64,000 nt of DNA from the human T2T-CHM13v2.0 reference genome, Homo sapiens (GCF_009914755.1 NC_060938.1), one strand, 5' to 3'. Shown: positions 1 through 14,169, counted from the stretch's first letter. Notes: generated by a model not told the origin, from the letters alone. Program-made: numbers and translations.

Positions 1-229
1 ATTGAATAAATATATTCTCTCAGCCCCATTCATATATCTCTTGTGGCTATAAATATTTAAATTTATATTTGAGTCCTTCCATGAGTGTAAAATATGGGTC
101 CTCTGTTATAGGCCATACAACCTTCTACCCCTTCTTTATATGTGTATAGCAGACAGTGTGTTCTGTTTCAAGGAGTGCTTGATGCTAATTAGCCCATAAT
201 CAATTTGCAAATAGGAGAATGATGTCAGT

Positions 230-700
230 ATCACTTGGAGATTGGAAAACTGGTTGGTTTATGCGGATTTTTCTCCAGAAGATTAATGTTTCAAAGTGAT
301 TAGGTTAAAGAGAAAGTCTATGCAATTGTTAAAGCCTTATGGAAAAAAAAGACAAAAATTTGGCAATCTTTAGCATAAGTAGTGACCGATACGGTGGCTT
401 CAGGAAGCACTGAACTATCTATACTATTAATCTGGGAAATTATTAACCTGTTAATTAATCTGGGAATGTGGAAGAGGAAATTGGAAAGATTATCATCATC
501 TTAACAAAAAATTTGAAGAGATGTATATCCTGGATTAGATTTTCAAATATGATCAAGCTAGTCACTATAAGAGGCAAGCCTCTTCAATGCCTTACATCTT
601 AAACCAGGAAGCATGACTATAAGGTTTTAGGCTGCAAAAGAGAGACTGGCTGTAATATTGGGTGTAAATGATAGTGGAGATTTAATTGTGCAACTTAGTT
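230..700 (+). mobile_element. Ancient Tigger/pogo-type DNA transposon, decayed transposase fragment
   Basis: Degenerate translations FSISSDRYGGFRKH (~370-410; cf. FxASxGWFxxFKxRH), EEMYILD*IFKYDQAS (~515-563; cf. GYxxxQIFNxDETGL) and GF-AAKERLAVILGVNDSGD (~623-682; cf. GFKAxKDRLTxLLGxNAxGD) occur in Tigger order. Confidence 0.55.
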
Positions 701-997
701 GTTATTTTTGTAAGTGCTCCCATTACAAAGTCTCACTTGTTTTGAAAGGTCTGCATCCAGCCCCATTTCCTCCATAAGTCCTGTTATTTTTGGTACATGA
801 TTCCACACAATGTAAAATACTTTAGAAACACATATATGATGTTATAGCAGAGTACACAAAGGTGACCTAATACCCAGTAATGTTGAAATGTTTCTTCTAC
901 CTGGAGATCTTGAGTTCTATGCAGAAAGAGACTGTATCTATTTTGTTCTGTAATATATCCCAGTGACTTTCAAAGTGGCTCACATATAGTACATACT

Positions 998-1380
998 TGT
1001 CTTAGCTTTCTAGGGCTGCCATAAGTGTCATAGACTGAGTGACTTAAATCACAGACATATATTTTCTCACTGTTTTGGAGGCTAGGAGTCTGAGATCAAG
1101 GTGTCAGTAGGGTTGTTTTCCTCTGGGGTCTCTATTTTCGACTTGTGGAAGGCCACCTTCTCTCTGTCTTCACATGGTCTTTTTCTGTGTATGACTATAT
1201 TCCAATTCCCTCTTCTTATTATGTTACCAATCGTAGTAGATTAAGGTATACTCTAGTATACCTCATTTTAATTTACTTACCCCTTTAAAGACACTGTCTC
1301 AAAATATAGTCAAATTCTGAGATGAAGAGTTTACAACTTCAACAAACAAATTTTGAAGGAACACAACTCAGCCCATAACA
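998..1380 (-). mobile_element. MaLR solo LTR (MLT1A/B-like) inside an L2 3' end
   Basis: Starts tgtcttagc...gggctgccataa and ends cacaactcagcccataaca (reverse complement of the MLT1 start TGTTATGGGCTGA); L2-like 3' sequence on both sides. Confidence 0.75.
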
Positions 1381-4139
1381 GTGTTCAATTGGTATCTATC
1401 AATAAATGAATGTATTTGCTGAGCATCAATATATAAGCATAATTTAACTTGGAACAGGAAAAGAGTAAGAAGGCACTCGAGGCAGGAGATTCGGCATGAG
1501 CAAAGATTCTAGGCAGGAGACTGTAGAAAACGCAGAGAAGTATAAGGTGTTCTCTGTAGTTGAGGGTTTTGTGTTATGTGAGAAGTGTTGAAAATAAGGT
1601 TAAGGGGTAAGGTGAGTATCTCATCTTGGGGATCTTGGTATTTCTTTTTGAAATGATAAGGCTGTAAGCGGTAGGCATGGGCTGTGGAAGGTTTCACTTA
1701 GGGAAGGCAATCAGGTCTGGGCTCTGGTATTGAGCCTACATGGGACAGAACTGTGCGTTAGGCACTGGGATCCCTGCATGCCTGTGTGTGGGGGATGTAT
1801 GAGGCCAGGAGACAGATTAGCCAGGGGAACATATACAACAAAATCTGGACAATTGCTTTGCCAGTATGGCTCTGGGCATGGGGCCACATGGGAGTGAGTA
1901 GTTTGGGAAAATAATAACATCTCCCCTTTGCCAAGCATTGGGATTAATGTGAATGTGTGCTGTTCACAAGGAGAGGTGTAACAGAACTACAACTCACAAT
2001 AGATATGCCTTGGGAGGGCTAGACTCAGACGAAAGGAGGTTGGAGACAGCTGAGAGGACAGGCTTTTGATTGACTCACTCACTCTAATGGCTTTATTTAT
2101 TCTCCCTGGGTCAGTTTCTGATTATTGATTTAAGACTCATTTGAATGGAAATTGGCCTAGATTATAGAGATGGGAGGACGAGGAAATAGACGTCAAATAC
2201 TTTATTAAGTGTCAGCGAGGTACTTGACGCCCAAACTCACTGTTCTTACTTAGTTTAGCAAAATGTTCTATCTTAGTCAAATTTGATATATGTATACTTA
2301 TCTCTTACATTTTAAAGACTTAAAATTTTAAAATGAAATGAATAATAAGGAAAATATTGTTAACTCTTTGGTGTGTGGGACTGTGAGCATGCCATATTCT
2401 GCCTATTTGGGTTAATGACAAATTGCTGTAGGACATTTCAGGATCATTCGGAGCCTCTGGTGTTAGATGGTTGTCAGTCATGATTGTACTGAAGACTAGC
2501 AAAGCAAAGCTTTGAGTATAATTATATGATGAAGAGAATGTTGTTAATCCCTTGTTAAATGCCATTTTGCTTTCAGAATCTGGTCATGTTCTTTATATAA
2601 TCCAAAATGTCTTGAGGGTGAGAGCCACTACATTAAAATATCTCTATGTTCTAAATGGGTTGCAATATTATTTGCAGCAAGAAATTCAATCAAAATGAAA
2701 AAAGGAAGCTCTGATTTGTGCTGGATGGGTAAGTTTAACAAAAGAACTATAAACTAGATCCCCATCTGTGAAGGGTATGCATACAACACCTTTCCTATGG
2801 AACTGAGGCCAAGAATACTAACAAGGATACAAAGAGTTAAATCCGTACTACCTCAATCTTTCCAATAAATTGACTTTATCCATATCAAAGTTGCCTAGCA
2901 AGATTATTTTTTATCTTCATTTTTTTTTTCAAGAAGCCACATGTCAAAAAGAGAATTGCCTAACTCCAGTCAGATCAAATTTTTTTATTTCGTAGAAAAT
3001 AATGCCATTAGGCGGCAGGTGCAGCAATATTTTATTCTATTTTATATCTTTCTGAGTTTCTATCTTAGTTCTCAGAAAAACATTCTGAGCTTTTGGCTTT
3101 CCACTGGTGCACACAGAATACATGCACTGGGAATAACAAGGCAGAAATTAGTTATTTTTAAACAGCATCTTTCCAAATTGGACTTGAAATGACTCTATTA
3201 AATGGTATGATGGCTGGCTGAGGGTGGCAAATCAAGAAAGATGACAAAAAGCTAGGTAGCTGGTCTTGTTTTACTTCTTCATTAATGATCAAAAAGGAGC
3301 AAACAGCACATTAAATTTGGATGATATTAATTCAATAGCCTTTGAAAGCCCAAGTGAGATCAGGGAAAAAAAAAATTAAGAGGTCTGTAAAACCTAGAAT
3401 AGGTGAAAAAAGATTGAAATAAGAGAAAGGAGACCCCCAGAGCTTGAGAACAGGTAACACTCAGAACCACCATGTAATGAAAAGGGTATATTGTTAATCA
3501 GAACTACTTAATAATACCTCAGATTTATAATGGGAAGAAAAATTAATGGAACTTGCAATATGACCCAAGGGTGAAAAGCTAAAGATAAATTAGTGTATTG
3601 TGTCTACTACATGGATTTAAGAATATGGGCATTTATACAAAAGGAAGCTATCCTCATTTATTCTTCCACAGTTCAATCACCACAAATAAAAGCCAGGGGA
3701 ATTTTTGTATGTGTCAGTCATCCATAATACAATGCTTAAATTTTCTGCTTACTTCCAATAGCAACTAGAATTATATCCTGTTGTCCTATGACTTCTAAGC
3801 CAAGGGCACTATAGATGTTATTCTATCTACTGGGAATTCAGCCATAAATAAAACAGGCAAAATCCTGTCCTTATCGAGCTTATATTCTAGTGGAGGGGAA
3901 CATAAATGTGTGAGGACTCTTGATAGTAATGAATACATTAAGAAAATTTAGGTTAAAAAAATTAAAGAACATTAAGACAAGACTAATTTAAAAAAATAAA
4001 CTATATAGTTTGAAAAGTGTTGAAACTGCTATGTGAATTCCATTGGTGTGAAACCTTATAGTCACACATTAAAATAAAAATTTGTCAAATGTAGTCATCT
4101 ATCAATATAAAATTCACCTCAAATACAGTAGTATAAAAT

Positions 4140-4695
4140 GATAGCAATTGCTTATCATTATTATCCTCTGCAATTTGAGGATTTGAATGGGCTCAGCTGG
4201 GCAGTGCTTGCTTAGGGTCTCTTCATTGTTTTGACTGGATTCCAAACCCAGTCAAACCATGACTGGGCTTTGAATCACCTCTAAGACTTCTGTGCTACCT
4301 TGTCTGTTAACTAGGCCAGGAAGACTCAAACAACTGGGGGCTATAAGAGCTACAGCTCCTTGGGCATCTTTCTCGTTTTCTATATGGTCTATTCTTGAGG
4401 TTCCTCAGCATTGTGGCTTCACTGTAACTTATTGCTTCAAAGACACATGGCCTGAGAAAGAGAGAGAAAACCAAGTTGTAAATTTGTTGCTTTTATAACC
4501 AAGTCTAGGATCAGTCAGTGTTGTTTCAACCACAAGCTGTTGGTGGAAAAATTTATAAAGATTTATCCAAGGTCAAGGAGAGGAAACATATACAATATTT
4601 CTGCTGGGAAGAGCATGGACATTATGTTGGAAGAAGTGCATGTGGGCTAAGATACATCCTCTTGTTGTAGTCTTCGGAAAACACAATCTACCATA
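4140..4695 (-). mobile_element. Old MaLR LTR (MLT1F/H-like)
   Basis: gggctcagctgggcag...gagagagaaaaccaag...ggaaaacacaatctaccata motifs; boundaries approximate. Confidence 0.5.
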
Positions 4696-5998
4696 TGAAT
4701 AATAATTAATTTTTATTAGGTGCAAAGCAAGTTGAGTCTTCTGATGGCTAAACTCTAAGAGATTGCAGCTCAGTAAGGAGAAGTAACATCAAGTTACAGT
4801 GAACGTTAACAAATGTTACATAAAAATATAAGTTTATAAAAGAGCTGAAAAAGGACATTGTATGATTTTTATTTTATAATATCGTAGAGAGAACAGAGTC
4901 TGTAAATTCAGACAAAAGAGATCACCATGAAACATTCTGAGAAATTTCAGATTGGAGAAGGACTTTGATCTTCTAGTTTGGATTGTAGACTGAGAAATGG
5001 ATAAGATACTCCCAGGCTAGAGGAAGGGTAAATACAGGCTAAGAGGTGAGGACATTTTTAGCAAGTCTGATCTGAGGACACTGAAAAGACAGGAGAGTTT
5101 CCTCCAGAGAGTAATTAAAACAAGAACAGCAACAAAAATCCAGATAGCCTAGAGACCACGAGCACATAAACACATATAATATGTTCTGCATTTCCTTACA
5201 AAATCCAGGGATGAGAAAACAGAAAATTAAGATTTTGGCCCTCTTTGAGTTGTCACTTAAAATTTGTTAAGAAAATTAGTGACAATATGGTAGTAGCATA
5301 CTGGCACGTCAAAAACTCAAGTTCGATATTGACTAGTTAAAAGGAAGATATTAACATTATTAGAAATTAGTTCCATGGAAGTTTGCTTAAAAAAAAGTAA
5401 AATAAAGTATAAAACATAGGTATATCCTGAGAAAGAGAGAGCCAGCTTGTATGGCTGTGGCCTCTTATGACCTTGTCTCAGAAATCCCTCAGGGTGATTT
5501 TTGCCACAGTCTTTTGACGAAGGCAGTTACAAAGATCTGTCTAGTTTGCAGGTGATGAGAAAATAAGGCAGCACTCTCTTCCAATACTGGCACAGCCCAT
5601 AGTATGTGTCAAATCAGGTAAAATATGTTGTTGGTAATGCTTCTTCATTTCATATGAGAAAAGAAAAGCCAGAATAATCTGAGTTGTTGCTAAGTCTAGA
5701 TTGTTTTATCTGCCAGCCAGGAAGAACCTTGAAAGCAAAGTCTATATTCTATTAATCTTTGTAACCTCGGTGCTTAGCACAGAGCATGAATTTGTGGAGA
5801 AAGTAGTAGTTCCACTTGGACAATGATTGGTTTGTAGTTTCTTACTTAACCCAGGTCAAAGATACTCCAAATTGTCTTTCTTATTTCAAATGGTAGGTTT
5901 AGCCACATGATATATGGACAACTCCACTGATCAGATTCTCCTCTTAAGCTGCCAGTTATGTGTGCCATTTTCTAGTACCCTTTGGTTGGTAGTTTCAT

Positions 5999-6027
5999 TG
6001 TGTGTATGTGTGTGTGTGTGTGTGTGT
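5999..6027. repeat. (TG)n microsatellite, interrupted
   Basis: tgtgtgtatgtgtgtgtgtgtgtgtgtgt. Confidence 0.9.
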
Positions 6028-7097
6028 ATTTAATTAAGCTTGACACTTTGCATGCACAGAGAGCTGCTAGAGCTTTCCCTGATATTTTGCAAAAAAGGAC
6101 TCTTTTTTAGATTGAAGTCAATGTGAAAAACTCTCCTAATTTAAACTCTTAGTTTCTGTGACTCTATCTGTCTTCCAAAAGCAGCTGAGAGTTCAGTTTT
6201 TTATAATATATATTTCTATTGTAGGCTGTTCTTTAATTGGACATTATTTCATATTTATATCCCAATCTTGGGTGTTCTGCTTAGAGCAGCCTATGTCCAG
6301 AGGTTCTCATCAGTGTTCAATTTTGCAGCCTTTGTATAATTGTTGCAAATATTGACAACATATCAGAATGGGAAAGGGAGAGTGCAAACAAAAGTACTGC
6401 AGATGATGCTGTTAAACCTTCCACACAATCCCTACACCTTCACCTCAGAATCACCACTAATAGAATATTACTGCCTCATTTCATTTTTAATCATAGCAAT
6501 GATTCAACACATAATGCTGGTACTGAGCTGTGGTGGTGTTGTCTCTCATCCATACAAGTTCGACCAGGCAATGCTGGTATATATAGTTACATACCTTCGA
6601 GCGTTTGTCCTGAGAAAAATGAAGACTGGCTACAGAAAACAAGCACAACAGACCGAAAAACATACCTTTTCTCTATCCTGACTCACATGTAAGGTGATTT
6701 TCTTGGAAGAATTTTCTACCACAAATGTTAGCATTCTGATGCTTAATCAACAAGGCTCACTTAAATGCCACTTTTCTTAGGAAGTCTTTCCTAAAATGAT
6801 ATAACACGCCCTTCATTGTTGTAGTTGTTTATTTACACTTTAAATTCTTAAAGTACTCATTCAACAAATGTTTATTAAGGACCTAATATATGAAGGCATG
6901 GTGTTAACGAACGTGTGTATAAAATCAGTGAGTGATGAAACCAGCCACTGTTCCTGTCTTACGAACTGGATTAATGATTTGAGGGAAACAGATAGAGGGA
7001 AACAGTCCTGTGATGATAAAAATGTGTGTGTATGCAGTGATGCAGCGAGGAGGGAAGAGGTTTACAAAAAGTACCCCCAAAACACTTAAAAAGAATA

Positions 7098-7213
7098 CAG
7101 AGAAGGTCATGCCATCTTTCCCAGGCTGGTCTTGTACTCCTGGGCTCAAGTGATCCTCCTGCCTTGGCCTCCCAAAGTGCTGAGAATACACACATGAGCC
7201 ACCACACCCAGCC
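7098..7213 (-). mobile_element. Alu left-arm monomer (FLAM-like) within L2-like sequence
   Basis: cccaggctggtcttgtactcctgggctcaagtgatcctcctgccttggcctcccaaagtgctg...gagccaccacacccagcc. Confidence 0.85.
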
Positions 7214-7749
7214 CAGAAACACTCTTAAAGTGTCATTTAAGCTGACATCTGAGTAGTTAATCATGTCGAGGACATGATCAACGTTAGGGGTCGGGGCAGA
7301 CATAGACAAGGCTGAAGGAAAACACCTGCTAAAGCTCCAGGCCATCAAGAGCTTGGTATGCTCAAGAGACTGAAGGCTTGAGTGTTTGGAAAGGTAGCAA
7401 GCGAGGTTGAGTTAGAGGCCAGATATGGCACAGTACTTAGTTGTAACACAAAAATGCCGTAAAATGTCATTGCAAAATGTTAAGTAAGAGATTTTATACA
7501 ATTTCATAATGTAGATCTTTTCACATTTGAAGGCTGCATAGTTGTTGGAAGAGTATTTGCTTTAATTTCCTTTTTAAGGCAATAAGGCTACTGTTGTTCT
7601 AGCTTGGGTGTGGTCATTACTTAGTAGTAGTGTCTCTTCCTTGATGCCTAATGGAAAGCAGATGTCAATTAAGTAATTGTTGAATTGAACTGAACTGAAC
7701 TGACTAATTTAACTACTTACGTACTTTCCTTAGACCTAACAATTGTTTG

Positions 7750-8245
7750 ATTATATTTTAATTTCCTACTGCAATATAACAAATCCCTCCAAAACTTAGT
7801 GGCTAAGTCAATAATAATCAATTTTTATCTGTCACAGTTTCTGTGGTTCAGGATTTTGGGAGCTGCTTCGTTGTGAAGTTCTGGCTTGGCCTCTCTTGTG
7901 AGGGTGTAGTTGACTGGGGTTGCAGTTATCTGAAGGCTTGGCTGAGGCTGCAGCATCCACTTTCAAGATAATTCTCACTCACATTGCTAGAAAGCTGGAA
8001 GTTGGTGCTGGATGTTAGCAGGAAGTTTCAATTCCTCTTCATGCAGCCCCTCCAGAGGGCTGCTTGAGTGTTTCTATGGCATGTTGGCCGGCTTCCCAGA
8101 GAATAATTCAAGAGACCAAGGTGGAAGCTGCTATACCTTTTATGATTGAGTCCTGATTCAATATGAAATAGACTAGCTACCACAGGTGCATAGATGGCAG
8201 GAAGCAAGTCTTATTGGGGGCCATCTTGGATGTTGACTATTACAG
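7750..8245 (-). mobile_element. Old MaLR LTR (MLT1H-like)
   Basis: aacaaatccctccaaaacttagtggct...gggccatcttggatgttgactattaca. Confidence 0.6.
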
Positions 8246-9224
8246 GTTGTAAGCACTTGATACTAAATCTGTTGACCATATGTTGCTTAGGAATATTGAC
8301 ACTTTGTTCTCTTTTTGCCATTTATGGTACTCTTCACCTGGAATTCATGTGATATTAGTTTCTCCATTGCAAAGATAGTCTGAAAATTCTACTTCAGGTG
8401 TTGTAGACTGTGCACAAGTCTACCTCTGCCCGCTGAATGCAATTCAGCCTCTCTTCCACACTCAGCCTCACTTCCTTTTTGCCACCATGAGAAGCAGATG
8501 GTAAGCCTCTCAGGGGGTACCGGTGGCTTTTAAAGCATATTTATAAGATTACATGAGACAGCATGTCTTTATTTTGCTATTTAGCTGCAGACTAATATAT
8601 TTCCCTATTTGGAAAACAGTTTTGTCAAGATACCGGAACAAGGGAGAGAAAATTAGAATTTCTAGGATCAATTTCCTAACTGAATTATGGGTTGCAGTGT
8701 ACCTTTCAGCAAGGCACCTAAGGTGCTTGCCTGTAAAACAGGGATATGAAGAATAAATCCCTACTTCAAGGGACTGCATCATAGTTGAATTCATATTAAT
8801 GCAATAGGCTTTGAAATATCTCACAAAAAAAAGTACTATGGAAATGCAAATTATTATGTCGTAAAGCTCTTTGGGATACAAGGTGCTGTGTGCCTGGAAA
8901 ATACTAAATCACCTTGTTTTATCTGCTTCAGTATTGTTGCCTTTAAATTTCAAAAAGTACTTCATTTTCTTGAATTGTGACAAGACAAAGGGCAAGCTCA
9001 AATGCATTTTGTAAATTATGCATTGTTTGGGTAGCTACCTTTCATATAACCTTAAAAAGGGCTCTATCATTCTCATATAGAACTCATCGCTATAATGAAA
9101 TAACACCATTTGAAGATGATAATTGTCTTTTATTCCTATGTTATCAGTTAAAGGTGCATCACATTAATACCCCATTTTTATTTTTATTATTTTTTAACTG
9201 CTGAAAGTATAATTCTAATAATTA

Positions 9225-10251
<1,027 letters not shown>

Positions 10252-11004
10252 TTTTGCATTTAGTGTTTAGTACATAAAATTCAAATCTGGGACCATTATA
10301 TTCAGGTCCTGGAAAAATTATTCTGAGGCTATTTTGTCTTAGACTGGAGAGACAGATAGATATTGGATATCATAAAAGTTTTATAAATGACTCAATTATA
10401 GAAGATGTTGACAGTATGTTGTGACATGCACATATGATCAGTCGACTGTTAGTGAAATTAAGACTTGGATTTTATTTTAGAGTTCTCTCCCTTCCCCAAC
10501 ACCATTTCTTATTTCTCATCAGTATGACTGCCACTCCCTACCTTCATGCATTCCTCTGTCTCATGTTTTCTCTATCAAAATCGTTTCTTGAGAATGAACC
10601 TGAAATTCCTTCTCATGAAAAGCAAAAGTGACAGAAAACAGTTTAAAATATGACCTCAACCTAAAAAATTTGAAATTTAAACAAGAATGAAGGTCCTGTG
10701 GTAAAAGTTGACAAATGACCCTGATGTGTCTCTGGCAAGGAGACTTTTCATTCATAACAAGTATGATGGACTCTGCCAACAACAGATCTAATACCAAATT
10801 GGAATCTCATGGGAAGAGTGAGAAATGGCAAGAAGGTGGCAAATCAGAGTAAAATAAGGGCAGGAGTCAGAGGTGTTGCATCTTTAGTAAATCTTCTCAT
10901 CCTCCAATTTTTTGTCCCTCCTAATAGTTAAACATGGCAAATGACTACTTCTTTTTATCAAGGAGAAACATTTTAAAAATTGCTAATAAAAATGTGACTT
11001 TCAT

Positions 11005-12050
11005 TTATCAATTAGCTTTTGGTGTATAGCAAATCACTCCAAGACCTAAAATTTAAAACATTCATTGTTTTTCGTGGGGTTTTGGATGTAGTTTCCTGAG
11101 AGCCCAGCTGTAGTGGCTGTTATCTCTTTTCTGGATCTGGCCACCCAGCAAGTCTTCCAGGCTCCTAGCTGGTACTGGGCATTGTCTGTGTAGAGCCCTG
11201 TGATGTGAACCACCTGTGGATCTCTCAGCCATGGATATCAGCACAGTATTTGAGGTGTCTCCTGGGTCCTGCAGGAGCAATCTGCTTCCTTCAGGGGGTC
11301 TCTGGGTCCTCTCAGGTTTCCTGATTTATTCCTGCAGTCATTCTGGAGCAGTAATTCACGACGTGAGCCTGCGCTCACTGCTCTGTCCGTCTGAGTCAGA
11401 GCTACAATGTAGTCCTGCATCCCGTCCACCATGATGACTGTGAGTCACTTTCCCCAATGTTTTCTTTGACAGCTCTGAGACTCCTCTCGCTAAAACTAGG
11501 TACTGTCACGATCACAAGGCTCCACAATAGGCCGTTTGCAAGCTGAGGACCAAGGAGAGCCAGTCCGAGTCCCAAAACTGAGGAACTTGGAGTCTGGTGT
11601 TCAAGGGCAGGAAGCATCCAGCAAGGGAGAAAGGTGTAGGCTGGGAGGCTAGGCCAGTCTTTTCATGGGGTTTTGGATTGACTAGGTGTTTCTTCTGGGC
11701 TGAACCAAACTACCTGAAGTTGGATGACTTAGAATTGCCTCATGAACATGTCTGGTTGTGGGCAGTAGTTGGTCTAGGTCTTGTTCACCTGTCTAGCAGT
11801 TGGCTTGGTATTTTCTGAGGCAGGGCCATGTATCTTTCAGAATTCACCGGTCTAGCCCAGGTTCGTTCTCATGGAGGTAGGAAGGTTCCCAGCAACTAGA
11901 GCAAGCCTCAAATTCACAAACCTTTGCTTCTAACATATTTGCTCCTATTTCAAAGTAAGTCAATGACGAGGCCCAGACCCAAGGGTTTGAATGGGCTTCA
12001 TGTTTTGATGGGTGGAGTTTCAAAATAGTTTTGGTCAATGTAGTTACAGT
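11005..12050 (-). mobile_element. Old MLT1-type MaLR LTR split by the 11088-11659 insertion
   Basis: aattagcttttggtgtatagcaaatcactccaa...catt before the insertion; resumes with tgactaggtgtttcttctg...gcccagacccaaggg after it. Confidence 0.5.
11088..11659 (-). pseudogene. TSD-flanked composite insertion: probable processed retrocopy of a spliced MLT2A-LTR/L1PB chimeric non-coding RNA
   Basis: 19-bp direct repeat ttttc(g/a)tggggttttggat at 11069-11087 and 11660-11678; minus-strand order MLT2A piece (11659-11508), 72 nt unique (11507-11436), L1PBa-type 5' end (11435-11245), downstream L1PB 5'UTR (11244-11088). Confidence 0.7.
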
Positions 12051-12769
12051 TTGTCATAGATTGTAAATTTTATCATTATGTCTTCAGTCTTTCCTTACTT
12101 ATTGGTCACCCAATATTAGAAATATATTCCTTCTTTGTTTCTGCTTTCTTTCTCCTACTCAATAAAAATATTCTCTCAAGAAAAGTATAATCATTATTTT
12201 TTCTACAAGGAGTGGGTAATCATTCTCTTCCCAAGAAGCCTACTATTTTAACATGGAAAAGGTTTGTTGAGCCTAATATTATCATAATAGGAACAGAATC
12301 ACAGATTTCTACAGACTGATTTGGAGTGAAAGGTTTCAGAGTAAAGAGAGGAATTTCTTTGATCCCGAAATATTGTCATATATGTTCCCAGTGGTACCAA
12401 GCAGTCTTTTTTTTTTTTTTTTTAAAAGTCATTGTTCATCTAGGAAAGCTGGGCTTTTCTTTAAAAGTAGTGCTGACCAAGAAAGATATAATCTACTGGA
12501 AATCCAACCACCAAAATATCTATGTGTCCTTCTCCTGTATCTTTTTGTCTTTTGAATTTATGCTTTTCCTGATATTAAGTTACATTCCTACAATATAAAT
12601 ATGTTGTTCCATCTATCTACCCATCTCAGCAAAGTTCTTTCTCATAGTGTCTCCATGGGACTGAGGAGCCATCCATTGTTTTGTTTTGTTTGTTTTCCAG
12701 GTCCTGACTATATGATAAGAATAGATATACTAAGTAATTGAAAATACCTGCACAAATGTTACCTAAACT

Positions 12770-14030
12770 ATGGCCTTTAAAGGTAAGAAGCCTCTAAAAA
12801 TGCCCCACCTCAAGGTCATAAACCAAAAGATATATGGTATCTCCAGAAGAATGGCGAATTATCATTTTCACCAGTCTTGATAGAAGCAAAAGTCTTCTTG
12901 ATTACTACATTCCTATTTAACTTACACATTTTAGTCAGCACAAAACTTGGTTCACAGAAAATGACTTAGATTCTTTTAGACAAAACCAGGTCATGCTTTA
13001 ATTCACAGCTGTAAAATTCAAATGTGGTATCTTTACTGAAAAAAAATAGGGGCTTTTGCACCAAGTATACAGTTACTAATACTTACCTAGAAAATGCTTT
13101 TCTCTACATCCCTAGTATTAAAGATAACCAGAAATTGTCTTCACCTGGCAGAACAGCAATATACCTCCATTCTCTTGTCTTACGTGAGCTGTTCTACTTC
13201 TCATTATATAATCTGAAGGAAATTTGATAATCTTCATAGCATACAGACATGGTTCACTATATTCATGATACAAAGGTCATTGGACTTGGTTGGCAAGAAG
13301 TAGCAAGCACTCTAGGTGACTTATTAAATTTCGTGATTGCAAGAGGGTAAACAGTAAACTGAGAAATTTCAGAGGCCTGTTGTTTCACTGATACATTTTC
13401 TAAGGACTAGTAGTCTAGAACATGTCAGTATATTACCTCACTTGCAGAAACAAGTGTTGTATCTGCACCTTACCCCGCAAAGAAAGAAACAAATGTGTGT
13501 TGGTTTGACCCATATGTTGCCTAACCTTCAAGACTGCCAGTTTTGAAAGGAGTTCAGAACAAAAAGCATAATTCTGTAACAAACACAGACATTGATATAA
13601 GATTCTCTGCCACTTGGGGCTTGTAACTCAGCAGAATCCTGGTAAAGGAAATGTCTGTGCAGATAGAGATGCTATATCGAGCCTCTGGCAAATACTCACA
13701 GGAGAAAAAACAGTGTAGGCGCCTATGGTTATGGAGAAGGGCAATGCTCTTCATTGCCAACAAATACTTCCCATTTTGAAAGCAATGTTTGACTTGCTAT
13801 TAGGCCCAGGTAGACATTGACAACTCATCGTAGAATAACTAGAGGTTACATGACTAACCTAGTTGTGTCACTAACCACCAAAACCAAGAAAAAAATGGAA
13901 ATGCTATAGTAAACCAAGCCTAGAGAGATCTGGAAGAGGAATACAAACAGCATGAGCAGGTGGCTCAGATTCTCATGGGGCCTGCTCTTATTTCTAAACC
14001 ACCTTGCCATTAATGCACACATATTTGCCA
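12770..14030 (+). mobile_element. Ancient ERV-L internal pol (reverse transcriptase) relic
   Basis: Degenerate motifs KPLKMP..KVINQK.Y (~12790-12840), YLENAFLYIPSIKDNQK / FTWQ / QQYT (13084-13165) and MVHYIHDTKVIG (13249-13284; YIDD motif decayed); many stops and frameshifts. Confidence 0.7.
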
Positions 14031-14169
14031 CAGATATAGATGTATGGAGCCTCAGGCAAATGCTTATAGTAGAGTATCAAGAGTTCCAAGTAAAATAGAG
14101 AAACATTGCAACAGTTTATTTTAATTTATTCCCCGGCCATCCTCCTTAGTGCTATTTTTATATACATAA

